NCBI GenBank assembly: GCA_964016885.1
Contig: CAXHJY010000926.1
Span: 1 to 28,275, forward strand
Source: Eledone cirrhosa
Lineage: Eukaryota
Direction of reading: 5' to 3'
Length of the DNA: 28,275 bases
Part shown: piece after piece, positions 13,608-28,275 of the stretch
How the letters are laid out: each line of letters starts with the position of its first letter
Numbering within the stretch: position 1 is the stretch's first letter
Notes under the pieces: generated by a model
The model's database searches: none
The model's input: the letters and a program-made list of their open reading frames with translations, nothing else
What the model was told of the DNA's origin: nothing
Program-made: the position numbers and the translations under genes

Positions 13608-13970
13608 GATATTAAACAAATGGAAACTATATTTATAAAACCATATTTATTTCATTATACATATTTCGGGGATACCATATTAAAAATATGGCATGCCTTC
13701 TTCAGATAAAATACAATATATAAGCAGTTTTATAAATAATTTTGACTTACCATAAATATTGATCAACTTTCATATAAGAAGTTGGTTTGCCATGCCATAT
13801 TTTTAATATGGTATCCCCGAAATATGTATAATGAAATAAATATGGTTTTATAAATATAGTTTCCATTTGTTTAATATCGTATATCTACTCCAAAACTTGT
13901 TGAGTGCTTTATATCAGTTATAAAATATTTACTTGTTGTAACCCAACAATTTTAAATAAAACTTTTGCAT
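13602..13970 (+). mobile_element. Family B fold-back/tail element
   Basis: Perfect 94-bp inverted arms at 13602-13695 and 13791-13884, tail to 13970, (TA)n on both sides. Confidence 0.8.
13648..13713 (-). ncRNA. Near-intact type-I hammerhead ribozyme
   Basis: Minus strand: tattttat-CTGAAGA-a ggcatgccatat tttta atatggtatccc c-GAAA-tatgta-TA-atgaaata. Stem I has 8 bp (1 GU), stem II is long, and stem III is quasi-palindromic. Confidence 0.7.
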
Positions 13971-13988
13971 ATATATATATATATATAT

Positions 13989-14197
13989 AACGAAGGAAAT
14001 GTGGTAAGGAACCAGGTGGACCATAACGCACCAAAGTACTCAATACTTGGGGTAGTAGAGTGGGTAATAGGAACCAGTAAGACCCCGACGGCTGAGCTCA
14101 AGCCGTTTCGACGGCTAATTCTGGACTAAAATATTTTAGTCCAGAATCAGCCGTCGGTCGAAACGGCTTGAGCTCAGCCGTCAGGGTCCTACACGTT

Positions 14198-14201
<4 letters not shown>
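13989..14201 (-). mobile_element. Family A fold-back/tail element
   Basis: Same length and junction as 13358-13570, with a few substitutions. Confidence 0.8.
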
Positions 14202-14246
<45 letters not shown>

Positions 14247-14607
14247 GTTTGAAAGTAGCACCAGAAAAGATCTCCACTTCGAATGTAGAGAAAATAACAG
14301 TCGGGAATGTGTGATACGTTGCAATAATATTGAAAACACATTAAATATACATGAATATATAGAATTTATTATAAATATAGATACGTTCAACTTACGAAGG
14401 AAAATTAAGATAAGTGTATCGAACTAGACAAAGTGAGTTTGTGCTAGTACGTTGAACTCTCCCATAGGCTCAATGAAGTCACGGGAGTTGCACTTCCGAG
14501 CGCGCAAGTCCGTGATTCGGAGCGTACATATTTAGTTATTAGTGGTAAGTGAACAATTGTGTGAGCGGGAGCAAATAATTTAGCCTCGATCAAACGAAAT
14601 CGTTGGT

Positions 14608-15120
14608 TTCTACTCCGTGTTTATATGTATATATGTGTATATATGTGTGTATGTGTATAAGTGTGTGTGTGTGTCTATCTAATATAAATATATATATATA
14701 TGTGTGTGTGTGTGTCTATCTCATCATATATATATAGAGAGAGAGATAGAGAGAGAGATAGAGATTCTACTCCGTGTTTATATGCATATGTGTGTATATA
14801 TGTGTGTATGTGTATATGTGTGTGTGTGTGTCTCTCTCATATAAATATATATATATATGTGTGTGTGTGTCTATCTCATTATATATATAGAGAGATAGAG
14901 AGATAGATAGATAAATAGAGAGAGAGAGAGAGAGATAGAGAGAGGGAGAGAGAGATAGAGAGATAGAGAGATAGATAGATAAATAGAGAGAGAGAGAGAG
15001 AGAGATAGAGAGAGGGAGAGAGAGATAGAGAGATAGAGATAGAGAGAGGGAGAGAGAGATAGAGAGATAGAGATAGAGAGAGGGAGAGAGAGAGAGGGAG
15101 GGAGAGAGAGATAGAGATAG
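14608..15120. repeat. Duplicated ~157-bp microsatellite-rich unit followed by (GA/GATA)n
   Basis: ttctactccgtgtttatatg occurs at ~14608 and ~14765, each followed by similar TG/TA/GA runs. Confidence 0.7.
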
Positions 15121-15329
15121 AGATTACACCTACTGTTGCGTTCAGTTTGCAAATTAGCTCTATCAAGTTCAAATACACTCGCACTTTGTCTAGATTTTCG
15201 AGACAACAATATATATATGTATATATGTATGTATGTATATGTGTGTGTGTGTCTGTGTGTGTGTGTGTGTCTGTGTCTGTGTGTGTCTGTGTGTGTATAT
15301 ATATATATATGTATGTACATATGTATATA

Positions 15330-15402
<73 letters not shown>

Positions 15403-15691
15403 ACATTCGTATGTATAACCCTTGCAAGCAGGAAAAAGTGGACGTAAAATGATGATGATGATGATGATGATGATGATATATATATATATATATATTATAT
15501 GTGTGTTTGTGTGTGTATGTGTGTGTTGGTGCGATGGTGAATGTCTTCCTGGCCCTGAGAATAACAAAATACAGAGAAACATCATATCCTGTCGCTGTCA
15601 TATGTCGGATTGTTTATTTATCCGGCGAAGACTTGGAAATAGTTATAAAATTAGTCAACATTCATGATAGCATAGTCATTCTAGTAGACAT

Positions 15692-16104
15692 ATTGTCTAT
15701 TTAGTATCATAGTCCTATTGATGCTTGGAAACAGTACAGTGTTTGAAATATATTTGATACTGTTGTTGCTATTGGTGTTGTTGTAGTATTATACATTAGT
15801 GTGATACGACGGAGAGTTTTAATTGTTTCTACTTTAGGCACAAGGCCAGCAAATTACCCAGTGCATTACTGGTACTTTATTTTATCGACCCCGTAAGGAT
15901 GAAAGGCAAAGTCAACCTCGGCGGGATTTGAACTCAGATCGTAAAGGGACGTAACTATGCTGGAAAGCATGGCGTCCGACCCTCTACCGATACTGCCAAT
16001 TGTCTCTTTAGTATCATAGCGCTATGGATGCTTGGAAATAGTACAGTGATTGAAATATATTTGATACTGTTGTTGCTATTGGTGTTGTTGTATTATACAT
16101 TAGT
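15692..16104. repeat. ~107-bp direct duplication flanking a SINE
   Basis: 15692-15800 and 15999-16104 (attgtct.tttagtatcatag...tattatacattagt) are clearly similar. Confidence 0.9.
15820..16000 (-). mobile_element. tRNA-derived SINE, young full-length copy
   Basis: Reverse complement of the 8771-8952 unit, nearly identical. Confidence 0.9.
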
Positions 16105-16105
16105 T

Positions 16106-16294
16106 TGGTGGATTGGCAGTATCGGTAGAGGGTCAGACGCCATGCTTTCCAGCATAGTTACGTCCCTTTACAGTCTGAGTTCAAATCCCGCCGAGGTTGA
16201 CTTTTTGCCTTTCATCCTTACGGGGTCGATAAAATAAAGTACCAGTAATGCACTGGGTAATTTGCTGGCCTTGTGCCTAAAGTAGAAACAAATT
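16106..16294 (+). mobile_element. tRNA-derived SINE, young full-length copy
   Basis: A box tggcagtatcgg, B box gagttcaaatcc, same body and end as the other copies. Confidence 0.9.
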
Positions 16295-16599
16295 AAATTA
16301 AAGACAAGCACACAATCACAGCGTTTTAATAGTATATAGATCATAGATTTTAAATGAAGATATAAACTTTGTTGTGCTGTCTTTTCACATTTGGTCATCA
16401 TTTTCATCATCCTCTGGCATGTGTACTTGATATGATATCAACATTGTCACCTCTTTGGTCACATGTAGATATGTAGAGCACAACAATATATACACACATA
16501 TATTTATATGTATCGCCAGTGTCAACTCTTTTACCGTCCAGGCTATTAAGCTTATTTTATAAGATGTTTATACCAACTCGATGCATGAAGCCATCATTT

Positions 16600-17250
16600 T
16601 GTTATGTGTGTGTGTGTATGTATGTGTGTGTGTATGTGTGTGTGTGTGTATGTATGTGTATGTATGTATGTGTACGTCTGTGTACGTGTGTGTATGTGCA
16701 TGTATGTGTGTGTATGTGTGTGTGTGTGTGTGTATGTATGTGCGTGTGTGTGTGAATAGCGAGCAAGATAATTAAGAAAGTTAATAGACAAATAGATTTA
16801 TAGATAAACACACATGCGGATACGTATATAAATAAAGAGAGAGAGAGAGAGAGAGATATAGAGAGACAGAGAGATGATAAATAGAGCAAAGATATGTATA
16901 GATAGAGAGAGGGCGGGGGGAGAAAGCGAGGGGTAGAGATATAGAGGGGCAGAGAGAGAGAGGGGGGTGAGAGAGAGAGGGGGTGAGACAGCGAGGGGCA
17001 GAGACAGCGAGGGGCAGAGACAGCGAGGGGCAGAGACAGCGAGGGGCAGAGAGAGAGAGGGGCAGAGAGACAGAGATAGAGACAGAGAGAGAGACAGAGA
17101 GACAAGAAATAGACCAAAGATATGTACATATATATATATATATATGAGAAAGCGAAGGGCAGAGAGAGAGGGGCAGAGAGAGAGGGAGAGAGAGGCAGAG
17201 AAATAAATAGACAGAAATACAGTCAGTTAGATAGATAGATAAATAAATAG
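16600..17250. repeat. (TG/TATG)n, (GA)n and a 16-mer gagacagcgaggggca repeated about 4 times
   Basis: Direct reading; the 16-mer lies at ~16985-17050. Confidence 0.85.
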
Positions 17251-17524
17251 ACAAGTTCATCTAAATTATTGAACATACATTAATAGACCGTGTGACTTTG
17301 AGTGGCAATTGTATGGAAGAGCCCCCCGATGGGTCCAAAATGTTAAATATTTAATATAATGCAATTATTAGAGTGAAATAATTAATTAGATCTTCTCTAT
17401 TTCCTTTCTCGTTTGATGTATCGAATTTGAAATGTTAGTCACGATATTCCACGATACTTCACGATATTTCATGATACATTATCATCGTTTGGCCAGTGGG
17501 AGATTATAATCACAAACACACACA

Positions 17525-17568
<44 letters not shown>

Positions 17569-17716
17569 TATATAAGTTTATCCCGTGTTCAATATGTGTA
17601 TATATATATATATATATACATATATTTATATATTAAGTTTCGCCGACCTGAAAGTCAACAAATTTATATATATATATAGATGTGAGAAAAACCACAGACC
17701 CTCCATCTCAACTCTA

Positions 17717-17753
17717 CTTTTGAAAAACAGAAGAACTGCGAAACCGGTAAAGG
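17717..17753 (+). ncRNA. Decayed minimal hammerhead motif
   Basis: ctt-TTGAAAA-acag aagaa ctgc-GAAA-CCGG-TA-aag. Three transitions would restore CTGAAGA-gcag. Stem III is the palindrome accggt. Confidence 0.45.
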
Positions 17754-17818
17754 AACCAAATAAATATATATATTTTTTAAAAAATAAGACTACAGTTGCA
17801 TTTTTGATTTCATCTTTT

Positions 17819-17845
<27 letters not shown>

Positions 17846-17855
<10 letters not shown>

Positions 17856-17977
17856 AGATCAAAAGATGGTTAAAATCTTATATATTATGTATACTCCAGT
17901 CCTACAAACTGTAGAGTGCTTCTTATCCGATATCTGCATTGATTGCTTTATTGTACTACAATAAAACTCACCTCCTA

Positions 17978-17980
<3 letters not shown>
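17846..17980 (+). mobile_element. Family C short fold-back plus tail insert
   Basis: ataatatataagat (17846-17859) pairs with atcttatatattat (17875-17888). The tail contains tagagtgcttc. TA flanks. Confidence 0.45.
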
Positions 17981-18041
<61 letters not shown>

Positions 18042-18052
18042 TAGATAGATAT

Positions 18053-18305
18053 CTTTCTTTATTTGCCACAAGGGCGTACAAAATATGGGACATTGCAATA
18101 CGTGACGGCGGGGGTTTTCCAAATTGTGTAAACTTTAACATTAATAAATTAAGATTGATAATTAGATGTATATATTATATGCAGCTAAGTATCTATCTAA
18201 CTAGCTATGTTAAAACCTCTTTTTACACGATTGTATATAAAATCCCCACCGTATGTCTTTGTATTGTCCCCTTTTCTCACGCATCCTTGTGGCAAATGAA
18301 GGATT
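18053..18305. mobile_element. Two oppositely oriented 3'-UTR ends of the L1/Tx1-like LINE family
   Basis: 18053-18136 (minus) and 18222-18305 (plus) both resemble tgtccc...cttgtggc.aataaagaaa at 22600-22640. Confidence 0.6.
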
Positions 18306-18334
18306 CTATCTATTTATGTATCTATATATATATA

Positions 18335-18524
18335 TAGGAAAATGTTTAACCCCGACGGCAGAGCTTAAGCCGTTTCGATGACTATTTCTGGCCCAGAAAT
18401 AGCCGTCGAAACGGCTTGAGTTCTGCTGTCAGGGTTAAACATTTTCCTATTACCCACTCTACTACACTTAAGTATTGAGTACACTGGTGCGATATGGTCC
18501 ATCTGGTTCCCTACCACACCTCCT
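18335..18524 (+). mobile_element. Family A subfamily fold-back/tail element
   Basis: Palindrome taggaaaatgtttaaccc...gggttaaacattttccta plus tail ttacccactctactac...ccacacctcct. Confidence 0.8.
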
Positions 18525-18628
18525 GAAATAAAGTGTCTTGCTCAAGGACACAACGCATCGCCCGGTCCAGGAATCTAACTGACAACATCACGATTGGAAA
18601 TAAAGTTCTCTAACCAATCAGCCACACG
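18525..18628 (-). mobile_element. Second tRNA-derived SINE family, 5' part with CORE-like domain
   Basis: Minus strand: cgtgtggctgattggttaga (A box)...gttagattcc (B-box-like)...tgtgtccttgagcaagacacttt, resembling the CORE-SINE consensus GTGACCTTGGGCAAGTCACTT. Confidence 0.7.
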
Positions 18629-18629
18629 A

Positions 18630-21976
<3,347 letters not shown>

Positions 21977-22171
21977 TAGGAACCAGTAAGACCCCGACAG
22001 CTGAGCTCAAGCCGTTTCGACGGCTAATTCTGGACGTCCAGAATTAGCCGTCGAAACGGCTTGAGCTCAGCTGTCGGGGTCTTACTGGTTCCTATTACCC
22101 ACTCTACTACCTCAAGTATTGAGTACTTTGGTGCGTTATGGTCCACCTGGTTCCTTACCACATTTCCTTCG

Positions 22172-22173
<2 letters not shown>
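21977..22173 (+). mobile_element. Family A element: perfect 118-bp palindrome plus 79-bp tail
   Basis: 21977-22035 is the exact reverse complement of 22036-22094. Tail at 22095-22173, (TA)n flanks. Confidence 0.85.
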
Positions 22174-22256
<83 letters not shown>

Positions 22257-22259
<3 letters not shown>

Positions 22260-22640
22260 CCAGCAACTGATTCTCTCATTCAAATACCACTTTGGAAGAA
22301 GAATCAGGATGGAGAGAGAGGTGCTGTACCCCAGCAAGTTTTATGAAAGGTGGGTGAAAGTGGCGAGAATGGCCCGAGTGAATGGGCCTTCTCTCTATAT
22401 CAGCTTGTAGGTTGAGGAAAAAGAGGAAAGGGGTACTCACTCCTCGTACTCCTGGAGATGAGGGTTGCACATTTTTTCGGGGGTATGTGTTACCCTTATG
22501 TAATGTCTGCCCCTATTGGGGAAAATCGATTAACTTTTAAATTGTATTTGTGATAATATTTTAAACGTTTTTATTGTATGGAAACTTCCCCCTTTGTAAT
22601 TGTCCCCTTCTTCTGTGCCCCTGTGGCTAATAAAGAAACA
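22257..22640 (+). mobile_element. 5'-truncated LINE 3' end (L1/Tx1-like): ORF2 C-terminal remnant plus 3' UTR
   Basis: Open frame [50 protein letters not shown] ending at 22410, with an F..RW terminus as recalled for Tx1/L1 ORF2. AATAAA at 22629-22634. (TA)n on both sides. Confidence 0.6.
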
Positions 22641-22652
22641 TATATATATATA

Positions 22653-22747
22653 TAGGAACAAGTTCCTATTACCCACTCTACTACCATAAGTATTGAGTAC
22701 TTTGTTGCGTTATGGTCCATCTGGTTCCTTACCACAATTCCTTCGTT
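22653..22747 (+). mobile_element. Family A minimal copy: 7-bp hairpin plus full tail
   Basis: taggaac-aa-gttccta followed by ttacccactctactac...ccttcgtt. Confidence 0.8.
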
Positions 22748-22937
22748 ATCTATATATATTTAGTAATATGGATATAAAACATATACATCTGTGTCCATGT
22801 GTGTCCTACTATGTGTATATTGAGTGTTTGTATGCCTGTGAATGTGTAAATGTGTGATGTGGTTCTATGTTTCACCTACATATATCTAATTCCAGAATAC
22901 CTGCTTGTTTGTTAATGCCCAATGATGAAATATTTCG

Positions 22938-23522
22938 GTCTATGTTTCTCACTATTTGTAGTTCCTTTCATTTTATTTGTCTAAGTAAGAAAGAAGAGAA
23001 AATTAATCATTTTATCATATACGTTACCAACTGATATATAACCTTCGTACTTATTCTCCTCGCCAAATCAAGCTAAACGGGTCAATAAAAAATATGTGAT
23101 AACCAGACCTGGACTCCCGGAATTGCTGTTAAAATATATATATATATATATTTATTTATTTATTATATTTATTTATTATTTATTATATTTATTTATTATA
23201 TTTATTATATTTATTTATTATATTTATTATATTTATTTATTATATTTATTTATTATTTATTATATATATATATATTTATTTATTATTAAAATATATATAT
23301 ATATATATATATATTATTTATTTATTTTATTTATTTTATTTATTTATATGTTTGACTGATCTCTATTTAAGTCATTTATTGAAAGCGTAAGTACTGGCGA
23401 GGAGAATAAGTACGAAGGTTGTATATCAGTTGGTAACGTATAAGATAAAATGATTAATTTTCTCTTCTTTCTTACATAGACAAATAAAATGAAAGGAACT
23501 ACAAATAGTGAGAAACATAGAC
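22938..23522. mobile_element. 585-bp element bounded by 128-bp inverted repeats
   Basis: 22938-23065 versus 23395-23522, with about 3 mismatches. The centre is a (TTTA/TTA)n tract. No TSD recognised. Confidence 0.7.
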
Positions 23523-23890
23523 ATGTGTTGTATCGTCCCCTTTAGCTGGATAGTTTAATATTTCACGATTAACCAGTGATCAGACGATATATAATTCCTT
23601 TCTACTGTGTTATTATCATCACAATCGTGAGAAGATTTGAGCTCGATTGACTGACGTGTGTTGTATTATTTGTCCCTTTTAGCAGGACAGTTTAATATTT
23701 CACGTTGAACCAGTGATCTGACGACGTATCATTCCTTTCTGCTGAGTTATTATCTTCACAGTCGTGAGGAGATTTGAGGTCGGTTGTTTCACGTGTGTTG
23801 TATTGTCCTCTTTAGCAGGATAGTTTAATATTTCACGTTGAACCAGTGATCTGATGACATATCATTTCTTGCTACTTACTTATTGTCATC
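23523..23890. repeat. ~135-bp tandem repeat, about 2.7 copies
   Basis: tgtgttgtat..gtcc..tttagc.gga.agtttaatatttcacg..aaccagtgatc recurs at 23523, 23656 and 23793. Confidence 0.9.
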
Positions 23891-24374
23891 AAAGACTTTA
23901 ATAAATGAACACAATAATCTGTGAGTATGGCAGATTTTCCGGCTTGTTTGGGTGTTTTTGCTCAAGATCGTAGATAGAATAACATTGGAGAAGATTTATT
24001 TACATTCACATTAAAGCAAATGAAAGTGTTAGATACATATACCTGAGTGAGATAAAGTTTTGAAATATATCATACCAGTTTCAAACATTAAAGATTTGTT
24101 CATGTTCATTTCCATATCATATCTCTCCATTTGAAATTTTTTGGTTTTACAAGTTTCAAAAGGGAATAAAATATCTCTAAACAAATGTAAATCCAGAGCT
24201 ACTCATTCATAGATTTCATATCTAGCGAACTGTAAATTTATTTCAATACGGAAAGTATGAAAAACAAACAAACAGACGAAAATATTTTTCAGAAACATCC
24301 TACGTGCTCGCGTAATTATAAGCTTTAATACGTTGACATACACAAACATATAGAAAATATAGATACATAAACAT

Positions 24375-28050
<3,676 letters not shown>

Positions 28051-28275
28051 ACGGTGGCTGCCAACTCGTTTTCGAGTACGGCCACTACTTTATATCCATG
28101 TAGGTGAACCCCTACCGATGCGCTGAACGAGTGTGACTTTTTAGTCCAGTCAGCGACTTGAAAACTCTGGTACAAACACTACACTTGTGACAATTATTGA
28201 CACATAGTGCTGGGCCCATGGTACCATGTGACAACAAGTGCAGAGAGATCTCCAGATATAAAGCAATGCCTGTGC

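Noticed and set aside
23700-23880. CTGACGA/CTGATGA in the 135-bp repeat as hammerheads
   Set aside because: No downstream stem II and GAAA on the same strand.
24040-24365. Helitron/Helentron-like non-autonomous element
   Set aside because: Only a vague compositional resemblance; no clear subterminal inverted repeat or terminal hairpin was identified.

Overview
Repeat-saturated, AT-rich eukaryotic DNA (intergenic or deep intronic) with no credible host protein-coding gene. Nearly all listed ORFs are translations of (TA)n, (CA)n, (CCA)n, (ATG)n or (GA)n microsatellites. The tRNA-derived SINE family resembles, from memory, those of octopod cephalopods, so a cephalopod/mollusc origin is inferred but not proven. 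Three things stand out. (1) The (TA)n tracts hold many short inserts with one architecture: a fold-back inverted repeat plus a fixed tail. Several unrelated sequence families are involved, and many carry complete, decayed or half type-I minimal hammerhead ribozyme motifs, consistent with 3' ends of Penelope-like elements or retrozymes. Five of them sit in a row at 12675-14201. (2) A 23.4-copy 80-bp tandem array at 10691-12559 has two homogenised blocks, and every unit keeps an invariant YAG|TGnnnnTG|GTAAG motif that looks like splice acceptor, 8-nt micro-exon and splice donor. (3) There are also tandem and inverted SINEs, a nested Tc1/mariner-type MITE, an L1/Tx1-like LINE 3' end and a 128-bp inverted-repeat element. 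All calls were made by eye, with no database searches or folding runs.
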